64,000 nucleotides of DNA from a virus. Each line of letters starts with the position of its first letter. The stretch's first letter is position 1. The notes beneath the pieces are model-generated. The model did no database searches. It saw only the letters and a list, made by a program, of their open reading frames with translations, and was not told where the DNA came from. The stretch is taken from positions 63,386 to 127,385 of the IMG/VR virus record IMGVR_UViG_3300046533_000294. One strand, written 5' to 3'. A program made the position numbers and the translations under genes. Shown here in pieces: positions 45,646-55,721 of this stretch.

Positions 45646-46312
45646 GGGCGCTCCCCCATTCGGTCAACCTAGTTTTGAGGTGCTTCGTTGCCATCTGAGC
45701 ACCACCCAGATTTGGTACACCGTTCGCGTGTCGGTTCCAATGCGTGCAAACAAGGAACGGAACTTCAATACCGAATACGCGAGACGCCGAGGTATACATC
45801 TCGATCAGATCCTCGTAAACGGCAATAACGCGACTTTTGTCGATTCTCTCGGCCAACGCCTCATATTTGTCCTCGTCGTAGATCAACCCAGTGTACGGCA
45901 CATTGTTGCGGCGCAACCACTCGCGCGTATCCGGGTCGATGTTATCCATCCGCAGAAATGGCCTAGTGGTCGTGACCCAGACCTCGCAACCCATCACTGC
46001 TGCATCGCGGGCGAATCGAGTCATCGATGGGAATGGAGGCATTGAACGCTTCATACCGCCCTGGCGATATGCCAGTTTACAATCCCACCAGGATCGGTAA
46101 TCTACATCGAATGCTTGCATAAACCACTCGCTGAACTTGCCGTGGCCAGAATAGCCCCACCAGTCACCACCAGATTTGCCGAAGTAGTTCACAGCGAAGT
46201 GAAGTAGGTGTTCGTGGTAGTCGCCCATCGTGCCATCGATGTCGATAGCGACGACAGGCTTCACCACCTCAGAGCATTGAGAGCAGAGCACGTCTCGCCT
46301 CCGTGTAGACAT
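45626..46312 (-). CDS. HAD-family phosphatase (5'-nucleotidase-like)
   Basis: VAIDIDGT motif I, VTTTRP and VYED. Confidence 0.8.
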   Translation of the reverse strand: MSTRRRDVLCSQCSEVVKPVVAIDIDGTMGDYHEHLLHFAVNYFGKSGGDWWGYSGHGKFSEWFMQAFDVDYRSWWDCKLAYRQGGMKRSMPPFPSMTRFARDAAVMGCEVWVTTTRPFLRMDNIDPDTREWLRRNNVPYTGLIYDEDKYEALAERIDKSRVIAVYEDLIEMYTSASRVFGIEVPFLVCTHWNRHANGVPNLGGAQMATKHLKTRLTEWGSAREESAA

Positions 46313-47030
46313 GATGGGTCAGTACGCCTTTCTGCCATGCACCAAATCTCCCAGCCCAGAGAACGGTCGGCCAGCAGTTACAGTTATTCCCCGTCGGCTT
46401 GAAGCCGGACGCGAGCCCGTTGAATGGCGGCTCGGTCGCGTATTCATAGCTGAGGTTGTAGTCAATCTGACTCATCCGGTACCATGGGTGATTCGGATCA
46501 CCGGAGTAGGTCATGATAGTTTCACCGCTACAGTCACCTAGAGGCCGATTCCTGATCCAGATTGGCTGAGATCTGAATGTATGATAGACCGGCTGGAGGC
46601 AGTAACTGTCCTTGGGAGCGGTACATATGACCAGATCGTGCCTGGCAATCACCCATTCGAGCTGAACGCGGTCGATCCGCCGCGTGACCATCTGTTTCTT
46701 GTACATCTCCCAGGCTTGCTCGTACGTCTTGCGCAGAGACCACATTGGGAAGGTTCCCTCATCGAAGTGATCCCAACTCACTGGGTGGGACTCGTCGCCG
46801 TAGACCTTCCGAGCGTAGCCCTCTTTGGTTCCCCACTTGCTGATGACGATCTCCGCATCTGGCTTTCGGCCGGTCAGTTGTGGGATCGGCGAGTGGAGAT
46901 ACATCGCGCCGGTCATCACTGATGGCTTCTTCCAGATTGTATAGATCTTCGCCTTGACCCCGAGCTGAGCAGCCGCGTGTGCTGCTAATAGCCCGGATGG
47001 CCCACATCCGATGATCGCTACCTTAGTCAC
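46269..47030 (-). CDS. FAD-dependent oxidoreductase/mutase (UDP-galactopyranose mutase-like fold)
   Basis: KVAIIGCGPSGL..A dinucleotide-binding motif; PWYR and GRFGAW C-terminal motifs. Confidence 0.7.
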   Translation of the reverse strand: MTKVAIIGCGPSGLLAAHAAAQLGVKAKIYTIWKKPSVMTGAMYLHSPIPQLTGRKPDAEIVISKWGTKEGYARKVYGDESHPVSWDHFDEGTFPMWSLRKTYEQAWEMYKKQMVTRRIDRVQLEWVIARHDLVICTAPKDSYCLQPVYHTFRSQPIWIRNRPLGDCSGETIMTYSGDPNHPWYRMSQIDYNLSYEYATEPPFNGLASGFKPTGNNCNCWPTVLWAGRFGAWQKGVLTHHVYTEARRALLSML

Positions 47031-47299
47031 ACCAACTCCTTCGCTGCGTGTCTACCGGCGACGAGGCCGACCAGGAAGAAGTGCATGATCAAGGTATTGA
47101 TTGCTGGCTCTATCACCGGATCTATCGTCTTCCAAGCAGGATACTGTCGCTTAACAATACTAACACGTCGGTTGAGTAGATTATCGAACGCCTCGCGCTC
47201 GACTTCCAGATAGGTGAGCTGCCGACCGTAGTCCGGCGCACCGGCGTACGCCACTTGGAGCACCGTCTCTGCCCGCGCTAGGGCTTCCGCGTTGATCAT
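47027..47299 (-). CDS. hypothetical protein
   Basis: 90 aa, coupled to its neighbours. Confidence 0.6.
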   Translation of the reverse strand: MINAEALARAETVLQVAYAGAPDYGRQLTYLEVEREAFDNLLNRRVSIVKRQYPAWKTIDPVIEPAINTLIMHFFLVGLVAGRHAAKELV

Positions 47300-50070
47300 T
47301 TATGCTCCCTCAGGATTGTGTGTAGTGTAGGCTCCACCCGGATGTCTCCGCCATCTTTGCGAACCATCCGCGCACTCCACAACTTGTTTATCTTCGCGTT
47401 GGCATCCTCCCTAGTCGTGTTCAGAATCTCCTCGATGTCTTGTCGTCTGAAGGTTGCGTTCGATCGAAGGAATTTGGCCAAGTCTCGGTTTGCTAGCAGA
47501 TACTTGCGCATCATATCTCGGTTGTTCTCAGCCTCGCGCCGATCCTCGAACACTTCATCGGAGCGGTCGCGGTAGCCGAACGTAGGCATCGAGTAGATAT
47601 GGTGTAACAGAGCAACGGCGTCGTGGACGTGCTCGTGCTTCACCATGATCTTCTCGTTCGTCTCGTCCGTGCTGAACGTCCTAGCGGCGAGCGCGGTAGA
47701 GATGCGAGCAATCTTCTCGCGTATGTCAGCGGCTTGGACTAGCGGTGGATCCTCGATGTACGCCTTGCCCACGAGCGTCGCTGTATCCAGGGCTGCCTTC
47801 TCTGCGCCTGGAGTCCAGACAATTTGCTCGGGCTTTCGCGTCCAGCACCACATGAGTAAGTTGTGGCACATCTCGGCGCTGTACTTCAACTCGCCCTGCT
47901 CAGTCGCGACGTTGTACTGCTCGATTGGAATATCGTGCATCGTCACGGCCATCGCTATATCGAAGCGGGCGATGTCTTCCATCGCACCGATCAGCGGGCG
48001 CAGCGCGTCTACGCCGTAAGTGAACTGGCCCATGTTACCTCCGTTGCGCGGGTTGGCGAGCCAGATCATCCTCGTCCGGGCGTGCGTCGCCTCCTGCTGG
48101 ATCTTGGAGATTCGCACTACACCGTCGTTGCGCAGATCGGACATGTGGCCAATATCTTCGTATGAGAGCGCGGAGATCTCGTCTACTACAACCGCTCGAC
48201 GGTCGTTGAGCGGAATGACACCCCATGTAACAACCCATTCCTTTCCGCCAAGCTGCTGCAAACCGCCAACAAGTCCTGCATAAGACGCAGATTCTCCACC
48301 GACGATCTCACCTGCACCGTAGTGACGGAGGAGCTGCCTTGCTGCCTCGGATTTTCCAGTTCGAGTGTCACCGTATACACAACTCTGGAGCCATCCCCGT
48401 CGGATGAGTTTACCGTTGAACTTGAACGAAAGTACAGAATGAAGCGTGAGATCAAAGATCGCATGCATCTCCCATCGGCCAGTGATACGGGTTACGTGGT
48501 CGCCCATCGCCTGTGCGATCTCTCTCAGCTTCCTGACGGGTCGCTGCTTCCCTCGGGGCTGGAATCGGCGTAGCTCACTAGCAGCTGTGCTACCCAATTC
48601 AAAATTGTCCAGAGAGGTTGATACAGGAGAGAGTTCCCAAGATAGAAACTCGTTTCTTTGATCTCTTGGGTTCGGATGAAGCGCCCCAAGCGCAGTGACA
48701 GTGTTATTGGGGAGAGTGTCGTGTCTTCCAACGCTAATGATGCGTAGAGTCTTGTATGACCCTGCCTCCTGACTGTCAGAGTGATCGAGCGACGGGCGGG
48801 CATAGAGAACCTCCACGGATTGATATTCCTTCGGTTCGATGACTAGCTTGTTACACTTGACCGCTCCGTACTCCATCCTGATCGCGTCCCAAAGCTGCTG
48901 CTGACTCGCGTCAATCAGGGCCAGTATCGTAGGGCTGTCGCCGTCTATCGTGACCTCAACCTGCCCGCCAGCAGGCTTCATAGGGCAAAACTGGCACTTG
49001 ATCCCAGCGTCACGCGTACACGTGAGCTGAGCTGTGCGCGGCACGGTGTAACCCGGCTCTTTTTTGCCCTTAATGGTCACGATTAGATTGACAGGCTTCG
49101 CGATTCGTTTCGCGTCACTACTGTCCAGCACCGAGATAGTCTCTGGCCCTGATTCACTCGACTCAGTTTTCTGTTCCCACGGCTGGGCGTCTCGGAGCAG
49201 CCGCTCGAAGTCGTCACGGTCGTGCTCCATCCAGAAGTCAGACAGATCCTTGCCGTGTTTCTCAGTCAGCTCGTACGGTAGAACAACAACACGGACGTCA
49301 CAAACGCGAGAGAGAGCACGAGCCACGACCCGGTTAGCATCCACGCCAGTATCATCGCGGTCATGGCAGAGGTAGACCAACTTGTCCCTGAAAGCCTCAT
49401 TCCATTCCTGCTTCCACATCTTGGCTGATCCGGTCTTGGTGACCGCTGGATAGCCCGCCTGAATAGTTGCGAGTGCATCCCACTCCCCTTCACAGACGAT
49501 GATCGTGTCGTAGATGAGCTGGCTAGCCGGATAGAGAACTGGAGTATTGCGTCCGACCAAGCCCCAGATCTTCGTGTCGCCTCGCGGGCGAGGCGTATAC
49601 CGGCGGATGTTCAGCAGCTCTCCGTCAGCCGCGTAGACAGGGATCGTGTAGACGTGTTTGTCCCGATCCCACCCGATGTGGAACTGCTTGAGCGTGTCCG
49701 ACGTTAATCCACGCAGCCCTACGATCTCGTCTCGGGCCGCGTCCTCATCGAGCAGGTTCGCTGCCCAGGCGTCGGCCATTGCCTCTGACACGGCCTCTCG
49801 TCGGCGAGGGTTGGCTCCGTTCTTGCGAACGCGGGCTGCGGCCTGACTGTTGGGTGTGATCCACCGGGACTTCATCCCGATCAGATCCTTCACCGTACAG
49901 CCGCCGCAGCCCGCTTGGCAGTAGAACTGAGCAGAGTACACGTTGATCGACGCCGAGCGTTTCGTATCCGCATGTAGCGGACACAGCAAGTACCACTCGC
50001 CGTCCTCGCGCGGCCCATCCGTGACAAAGTAGTCTCGGAGTAGCCTGATCTGCCCGTTCTTAATCGGCAT
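47296..50070 (-). CDS. primase-helicase (Zn finger + TOPRIM + MCM-like AAA+)
   Basis: CPLH.D...C..GC, IVCEGEWDA, GDTRTGKS and VVVDE motifs. Confidence 0.9.
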   Translation of the reverse strand: MPIKNGQIRLLRDYFVTDGPREDGEWYLLCPLHADTKRSASINVYSAQFYCQAGCGGCTVKDLIGMKSRWITPNSQAAARVRKNGANPRRREAVSEAMADAWAANLLDEDAARDEIVGLRGLTSDTLKQFHIGWDRDKHVYTIPVYAADGELLNIRRYTPRPRGDTKIWGLVGRNTPVLYPASQLIYDTIIVCEGEWDALATIQAGYPAVTKTGSAKMWKQEWNEAFRDKLVYLCHDRDDTGVDANRVVARALSRVCDVRVVVLPYELTEKHGKDLSDFWMEHDRDDFERLLRDAQPWEQKTESSESGPETISVLDSSDAKRIAKPVNLIVTIKGKKEPGYTVPRTAQLTCTRDAGIKCQFCPMKPAGGQVEVTIDGDSPTILALIDASQQQLWDAIRMEYGAVKCNKLVIEPKEYQSVEVLYARPSLDHSDSQEAGSYKTLRIISVGRHDTLPNNTVTALGALHPNPRDQRNEFLSWELSPVSTSLDNFELGSTAASELRRFQPRGKQRPVRKLREIAQAMGDHVTRITGRWEMHAIFDLTLHSVLSFKFNGKLIRRGWLQSCVYGDTRTGKSEAARQLLRHYGAGEIVGGESASYAGLVGGLQQLGGKEWVVTWGVIPLNDRRAVVVDEISALSYEDIGHMSDLRNDGVVRISKIQQEATHARTRMIWLANPRNGGNMGQFTYGVDALRPLIGAMEDIARFDIAMAVTMHDIPIEQYNVATEQGELKYSAEMCHNLLMWCWTRKPEQIVWTPGAEKAALDTATLVGKAYIEDPPLVQAADIREKIARISTALAARTFSTDETNEKIMVKHEHVHDAVALLHHIYSMPTFGYRDRSDEVFEDRREAENNRDMMRKYLLANRDLAKFLRSNATFRRQDIEEILNTTREDANAKINKLWSARMVRKDGGDIRVEPTLHTILREHK

Positions 50071-50079
50071 TACTAATTG

Positions 50080-50862
50080 CTAGAAGGGCTCTTCATTGTC
50101 GTCCGCGCGGAGCGCGGCGATGTAGTTGGCCTTGGTAGCCTTGGCGCCCTTCTTGAGGGAGAGATCGCGCTTGCCGAACTCCTCCTTCAAATCACCGACT
50201 GGCCACTCGTCGTAGTCGTCGGTGTCCTCGGCACGGATCGCCTCGCGGATGTCGTCGTCCGACATCTTTGTGGTGACCTTGATCTCCAGCCCTTCGGACT
50301 TGATGTGCTTCTTCAGCTCAGCCCGATCCATCTCATCGAGGGGGTCGGCCTCGGCCTCAGGCTCCTCCTCCTCCTCAACTTCTTCTTCCTCCTCCTCAGG
50401 CTCGTCCTCTTCAGTCTCCTCCTCCTCGTCAACTTCCTCCTCGTCAGTTTCCTCCTCGTCCTCGTCCTCCTCATCGGCCTCGTCGTCCTTGGCCTTGAGC
50501 CAGGTCTTCAGCCGGGCCTTGTACGCGCCGTCGTACTCGTCCTTTGTGACCTGGACGCGACACTCCTTGCCCACGAGCTTCTTGGGATCGAGCGATCCCT
50601 TCGCGGGCAGTCCGAGCGCGTCCGTGAACTCGCGCAGCTTCCATGCCGTCGCGTCGTACAGACCGATGTACGAGTGGAGCGGAGCGAATCCGTCGCCGAC
50701 CGAGACGGTGACATGGAAGTCACCTTTGCCCTCGATCTTGGTACCGTCGGACTTCTCTGTCCGGTGCTCGACGGCCGTGATCTTGGCCTTGTAGATCTTC
50801 GGCGGTGCTTGCTCGCCGGCACCTGACTCGACATCGCTGACGTCGTACCTAATTGCTGGCAA
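50080..50862 (-). CDS. single-stranded DNA-binding protein (DUF669-like) with an acidic tract
   Basis: TTG after AGGAGG; OB-like N-terminus ending L.GK.C.V.V..DEY.G; poly-E/D linker; two short helical repeats. Confidence 0.65.
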   Translation of the reverse strand: MPAIRYDVSDVESGAGEQAPPKIYKAKITAVEHRTEKSDGTKIEGKGDFHVTVSVGDGFAPLHSYIGLYDATAWKLREFTDALGLPAKGSLDPKKLVGKECRVQVTKDEYDGAYKARLKTWLKAKDDEADEEDEDEEETDEEEVDEEEETEEDEPEEEEEEVEEEEEPEAEADPLDEMDRAELKKHIKSEGLEIKVTTKMSDDDIREAIRAEDTDDYDEWPVGDLKEEFGKRDLSLKKGAKATKANYIAALRADDNEEPF

Positions 50863-51649
50863 CTGTGTTCCTCCTACGTCTGGTAGTGGTGGGCGCACTT
50901 TCGCGCGCCTGCTTGATTGCTGCTTCTAGCTTTGGTACAGTCAGGTCGATTACCTGACCACTTGGAAAGGCATGGAACTGATCCTTTCCGTAGAACGCAG
51001 TGTTGCCTTTGAAACGTGTCTTGGTGTATTGCTCTCCTTTCCGCTTCTTCGAGTCGTGGACTGTCTGGTAGCCAACCATCTGCATGTAGCCAGCGATCCG
51101 CTGTGGCATACCTTTGCCCTGGATCCACGGCATCATGCGCTCGGTGTATTGTGGGCCCATTTCCTCATCCGGCTCTCCTTCTTGGACTTCCATCCAGAAC
51201 TGGTGAGCCGTGATGCCGAGATGGAACAGATCGCAGCCCATCATGAACCTCACCCATTCTGCGATTCTGCCCATGTTGACGCCGTAGTCGCCCTTGTCCC
51301 AGAAAGCGGTAGCGCGACGCGGGTTGCGTGCCTTCGCTACATCGAAGATGTCGTCCATGCCGACATCCTGCCAGCATGAGATCGAGTCGAGCCAGATCCA
51401 TTCGTACGCATTGCCCTCGTGTCGAGCCCACGCAAGAACCTCGTTCATCCCCGACCAGTCCTTCACCAGCCAGTGATCCGCACCGCTATTCTTGATCGCG
51501 TCCAGGTGCTCGACGTACGGATGAACGATGAGCGTGTTCGCACCACCGCTTCCCGCGAGCGTCGTCTTGCGCGCGCCTGGATCTCCATAGACCAGGATGC
51601 GGTAGTGTTTGCTGGCCGTGATGGGCTGGATGTCGGCGGGCTTAGCCAT
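50849..51649 (-). CDS. Sak4-like / AAA_24 ATPase (recombinase)
   Basis: ILVYGDPGARKTT, IWLDSIS and GITAH; lies between exonuclease and SSB. Confidence 0.8.
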   Translation of the reverse strand: MAKPADIQPITASKHYRILVYGDPGARKTTLAGSGGANTLIVHPYVEHLDAIKNSGADHWLVKDWSGMNEVLAWARHEGNAYEWIWLDSISCWQDVGMDDIFDVAKARNPRRATAFWDKGDYGVNMGRIAEWVRFMMGCDLFHLGITAHQFWMEVQEGEPDEEMGPQYTERMMPWIQGKGMPQRIAGYMQMVGYQTVHDSKKRKGEQYTKTRFKGNTAFYGKDQFHAFPSGQVIDLTVPKLEAAIKQARESAPTTTRRRRNTVASN

Positions 51650-51797
51650 TCTTCACCTCCCTTCCCATCTTGTCGTAGACTTCCTCGGCAGTTACCGATC
51701 TGCGGCACATCGGGCAGTAATAGAACATCATCGACACGCTTAGCCACGCCGGTCGGCGACATTCCATACATACCACCGGATGATTCTGGAAAGTCAC
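51642..51797 (-). CDS. small Zn-finger protein
   Basis: CMEC...CPMC; GTGA coupling. Confidence 0.6.
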   Translation of the reverse strand: MTFQNHPVVCMECRRPAWLSVSMMFYYCPMCRRSVTAEEVYDKMGREVKNG

Positions 51798-52138
51798 GGC
51801 TCCCACAGTAGCGATCTCCATACCCGCAATGGTCTGCGATGGCATGGAACGCGAGTAGATTGCCTAGTTTCATTAGTGGGCTCGCACCAGCCGCGAGCTG
51901 CTGCCTTGGCCATCACCGCACCCATAGCTCGCGGCTCGCGCGCTGGCCCGATCTTCCGATCGGCGTGCCAGCGTACGGCGTCCGTTGTGAACAGTTCACG
52001 ACGTTCACAGATATCATGCACGAATGGCAAGACCGATCGAATCCAGATGACGTTGTTGATCCCGACCCGCTCGATCGCCTCGTCACGTGCCTCGATTGAG
52101 GCAGCCCGATTATTTGCAAGGTAAAATTCAGTTTTCAT
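51794..52138 (-). CDS. hypothetical phage protein
   Basis: 114 aa; PRAMGAVM..AA..G...HRRP..VWRS. Confidence 0.7.
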   Translation of the reverse strand: MKTEFYLANNRAASIEARDEAIERVGINNVIWIRSVLPFVHDICERRELFTTDAVRWHADRKIGPAREPRAMGAVMAKAAARGWCEPTNETRQSTRVPCHRRPLRVWRSLLWEP

Positions 52139-52287
52139 CCTATAGCAATTCTCGCCTTGCGTCGTGTCTTCTTGACCGACTTCAAGCTACAATATCGACA
52201 CCGCCTCTCGCCCTTCACGACCAGCTCGGGCCTCTTGGCCCACGGGCGTAGCTTCGCGCAGCTCGGGCAATCGACGTAGTACGTCAT
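52135..52287 (-). CDS. small Zn-finger protein
   Basis: CPSC...CRYC; ATGA coupling. Confidence 0.6.
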   Translation of the reverse strand: MTYYVDCPSCAKLRPWAKRPELVVKGERRCRYCSLKSVKKTRRKARIAIG

Positions 52288-52514
52288 GACGTTGTCTGTA
52301 CCAGCTCGTAGCCGCCGACGCAGAGCAGGAACACGATCGTGAGTAGCCCGATCGCGACGAGAGCAATCCCTGCCCATTCTGCCGCGAACAGGAGCAGAGA
52401 GCCGGGCCGCGCTCTCATCGTGTTGATCAGACTGAGCTGCTCTGGTGGCTCTGGACGCGGGAAGACTTCTGTCTTGCCCTCGGACACCCAGCCTGGAGGG
52501 TCGATCTCGCTCAT
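52284..52514 (-). CDS. membrane protein
   Basis: C-terminal hydrophobic helix; ATG overlaps the exonuclease stop. Confidence 0.55.
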   Translation of the reverse strand: MSEIDPPGWVSEGKTEVFPRPEPPEQLSLINTMRARPGSLLLFAAEWAGIALVAIGLLTIVFLLCVGGYELVQTTS

Positions 52515-53512
52515 CTCTGCTCCGCTGCAATAACCTCGTGCTCCGCGTACGGATTCCAGATCTGTGTAGTTGATTCCATTAAGTCCTCCCAGTCGGTCTG
52601 GATCTCGTGGGCCTCGCAAATGTCGAACATGCTACATCCCTGACAAGTCCACTTCGTTGCGTTCTTGTAAATGAGGTCGCTGTCCTCGTGAAAAATCCAG
52701 GCGCTCTGAGTGGCGGCATGGATCTGCGCCCATTGTTTCTGGACGCGCTCATAAACGGAGTCGCGGTCTTTGTCGTCTCGGAACACCGGCTTGCGATCGA
52801 AATAGGGTGCCGGCTGCTTGCCAGAGATCGAGCCGTCCTTGTTGAGGTAGTTACCGCCGTTGTCCCTCGGGCGATCGTCGGGTGGCGCCTTACGAAGGAA
52901 GTTGAAGAGCAGTCCAGAGATCTGCGTACTCCGAGGGATCAGCTTCGCGCGATAGATGGCCTCGCGTCCGAATGTCCAGTACGCGCCCGCCTGCTCGTCA
53001 AGGAGAAGCCAGCGAGGGTGACGTTCAATACCGCCCGTCGTCTTGTGATCTGGCATCCAAATTTTCGCGGTTGGAAGGTGGCGCCAAACTCCGTCCACGA
53101 CGCCGGTGTAGACAAACGGGATCGCGTGCTTGACGCGTATGCTGAACGGATACTCGGTCGCGAGAACTTCCCACTCATCGTCTGCGCCGTAGTAATCGAC
53201 ATAGTTGGTGAGCATCGCTGGGCCTAGCTCGGCAGCGTTGGCCCAGATCTCGTCCTCTTCAACCTTGAAGCCAAACTCACCGGCGGCTTTCGCATCTGCC
53301 TCGTATAGGCGCTCGAAAGTCAACGCTGGTTTCGGCCCACGCTTCTTGCCCGGCTTGTAGTACGCAGCGAGCGCGCCGTGAATGAGGGTGCCGAAGCGCA
53401 GCGGCGGTCTGTCGATATTCGGCCGACGCGCGAGAACGTAGTTCAGGTACCACAGCCAACGACACCGTTCAAAAGTTGTTCTTTCCGACGTTCTGAGACG
53501 CGGAATGGTCAA
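52511..53512 (-). CDS. PD-(D/E)XK exonuclease (RecB/Cas4-like)
   Basis: S....F..C...W, FGTLIH, G.VDG..., DHKT, Q...Y and C..C....IC. Confidence 0.85.
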   Translation of the reverse strand: MTIPRLRTSERTTFERCRWLWYLNYVLARRPNIDRPPLRFGTLIHGALAAYYKPGKKRGPKPALTFERLYEADAKAAGEFGFKVEEDEIWANAAELGPAMLTNYVDYYGADDEWEVLATEYPFSIRVKHAIPFVYTGVVDGVWRHLPTAKIWMPDHKTTGGIERHPRWLLLDEQAGAYWTFGREAIYRAKLIPRSTQISGLLFNFLRKAPPDDRPRDNGGNYLNKDGSISGKQPAPYFDRKPVFRDDKDRDSVYERVQKQWAQIHAATQSAWIFHEDSDLIYKNATKWTCQGCSMFDICEAHEIQTDWEDLMESTTQIWNPYAEHEVIAAEQR

Positions 53513-53639
53513 GGGCGCTCCCTCCAATAATTGTTGCCGGCACGAGCGGCGAGGCTCGTATCGGGGAGACTACTACCGATTCACTCCCTTCGGATGCCGA
53601 GTTTAATGCCGAGAACTGATCTTTCGATTAGCAGGGATT

Positions 53640-53830
53640 TCAGAATTGTATACGCGCGCGGGCGCGGTTTTAGTCTTTGTATTGTATCGCGCGCCTACGG
53701 CCGCGCGCGACCCCTACCCGATTGATCCTCCCCTACGCGCGTATACGCGCGCACGTACGCCCCTACTAGCGAAGATCAAACTAGTGATTTCTTCCCGGGC
53801 GGGGGCGTACGCGCGCGTATGAAGTGTGTT
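53640..53830 (-). promoter_or_regulatory. intergenic regulatory region with CGCGCGTA palindromes and two TACAAT -10 boxes on the minus strand
   Basis: Minus strand CGCGCGTA-TACAAT and GCGCGA-TACAAT; palindromes at 53736-53751 and 53808-53819. Confidence 0.55.
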
Positions 53831-53852
53831 TTCTGTTGCCGGGTGAATTGAT

Positions 53853-55721
53853 TTACAGTTGCTTCATCGCGATACGATGTACATCCAGCAGGATCTCGTT
53901 CAGCCGACGCTTGTCGGCAGTCGTGTCCTGGATGTATTGCTCGATTGTATCTTTCGAGCGGTAGTAGTAGCAAGTGACTTGATGGATACGCGAGATCCTG
54001 TGAATCCGGTCTTCCAATTGCTCCTGGTCGTCCGGGTTCCAGGTCTCATCCAGGATGTGGCAGGTATCGGCTTTGTCCAGCGTGATCGAAACGCCTCCGG
54101 CCGTTGTCGTCATACAGACGACTCTCGGGCCGGCACCTTTCTGGAATTGCTGCTGGACTTTCACTCGTTCCTTGCCTTTGGTATCTCCGGTGATCTTCGC
54201 CACTGGGATGCCCTGCTTCTCTAACCAAGCAGCTACCATGTCCACCATTTCTCGGAACTGGCTGGCGATAATGGTCTGGGCGTCACCTTCAGGATCGTCT
54301 GGGTCAATCCCGATCTCGTTCAGCTTCTGGAGCAGTTGTGGCAACTTTCCAGAGTCCTCAGTCGGGATTAGTTTCTGCTTGACGACGATCCCCTCACCCA
54401 GGCAGTCTTCGCATCCGTGTAGCATGCCCTCATTCTTCTTGTGCTTGCATGCTACCTCGTACTCGTGGACGAGACAGACTGCGTTGGCGAACTGCTTCAA
54501 CCGCAGGTACTCCGTCAGGATGTTGGTGGCAGACAGGTGCAGATCCTCGATGCGGATTTCGGCAGCTCGCGCAAATTCGCGATACTGCTTGTTCTGCTTC
54601 GGGGTCATATCACACATGACTTCCACCTGCTGCTTCGGAGGCAGCTGGCTCGCGACTTCCGACTTGAGACGGCGCACGAGGTATGGCGCATGAAAAGCAT
54701 AGAAAGCCTCTTCAATGCCGGGCTTCAGGCCCATGATGATCTTGTGGTTCCTGAAACCCTCCTCGATCACCAGCCACTGTTCAGCCCACTTCCACTTCGA
54801 GCTAAACCTGTCGGGGTCGATGAAGTTCAGCGCCGACCAGAGCTTAATTGGCTTGCCACCCATGGGCGTACCGCTCATAGGTATGCGTTTCTGGCCGTTA
54901 GGCCGTATCATGGCTTTTGCTAGCTTGGAGAACTGAGACGAGCCCTCGCAGAGTCCCGTCTTGTGGTACTCGTCGATGGTGATGCTCGTCCAGTTAGCTT
55001 CCATGAACACGTCTCGCCACGACTTCGAGCGTAGCATGCTCGCGGTCGTGACGAAAGCGTATCCTCCATAGACTCCCATGGCTTCCATGATCTGCTCAGG
55101 CAGCGCGTTGCGCTCCTTCGCAGATGTCTCGCTGTAGAGCGTGAACACCGGGATCTCGGTGAACCGCTCCAGTTCAAGTCGCCAGACAGTCTCCAGAGCA
55201 GTCTTCGGTGCAATGATCAAGTGCTCTCCGCGTTCCATCTGAGCCTCGTGGATCGCACCGATGACTTCGATGGTTTTCCCGAGGCCCATCTGGTTCAGGT
55301 TGCCGGCGTTAGTCGCCGCCAGGAACGCGATGTCTGCCCGCTGGTACGGTCGATCGGGCCAGTTCTCAGTCCCGTCGCCTGCGATTAGCTCAACGATACC
55401 AGGAACTGTGACCGGACAGTACACCAGCTCCGCATCCTCTGCGAGCGCGAGGCCCGACAGGTTCCGCTCACGTTGAACCTCGTCCCTGCCCCACTGGAGC
55501 AGGTTCGGGCCCAGCACGAGCTGTTGCTGGAACAGATGACGCAGGATGCGGCCAGTCGGCAGATCGAGAGGCACTGTCCAAGCCGGGCCACCTTTCTCAG
55601 GTGGAACGAACCGGCTGTTGGGCACCTTGAACTTGATGGTGTCCTTGATACGGACTTCATAGCTGAACCGGAGCCAGATACGTTTCCCATCTGGCGAGAG
55701 TTCAGCGGTGATTTTACTCAC
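53853..55721 (-). CDS. SNF2-family helicase
   Basis: QMGLGKT, DEYH, SGTP and Q.EDRIHRI; GTG after GAAGGAGGGTCA. Confidence 0.9.
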   Translation of the reverse strand: MSKITAELSPDGKRIWLRFSYEVRIKDTIKFKVPNSRFVPPEKGGPAWTVPLDLPTGRILRHLFQQQLVLGPNLLQWGRDEVQRERNLSGLALAEDAELVYCPVTVPGIVELIAGDGTENWPDRPYQRADIAFLAATNAGNLNQMGLGKTIEVIGAIHEAQMERGEHLIIAPKTALETVWRLELERFTEIPVFTLYSETSAKERNALPEQIMEAMGVYGGYAFVTTASMLRSKSWRDVFMEANWTSITIDEYHKTGLCEGSSQFSKLAKAMIRPNGQKRIPMSGTPMGGKPIKLWSALNFIDPDRFSSKWKWAEQWLVIEEGFRNHKIIMGLKPGIEEAFYAFHAPYLVRRLKSEVASQLPPKQQVEVMCDMTPKQNKQYREFARAAEIRIEDLHLSATNILTEYLRLKQFANAVCLVHEYEVACKHKKNEGMLHGCEDCLGEGIVVKQKLIPTEDSGKLPQLLQKLNEIGIDPDDPEGDAQTIIASQFREMVDMVAAWLEKQGIPVAKITGDTKGKERVKVQQQFQKGAGPRVVCMTTTAGGVSITLDKADTCHILDETWNPDDQEQLEDRIHRISRIHQVTCYYYRSKDTIEQYIQDTTADKRRLNEILLDVHRIAMKQL

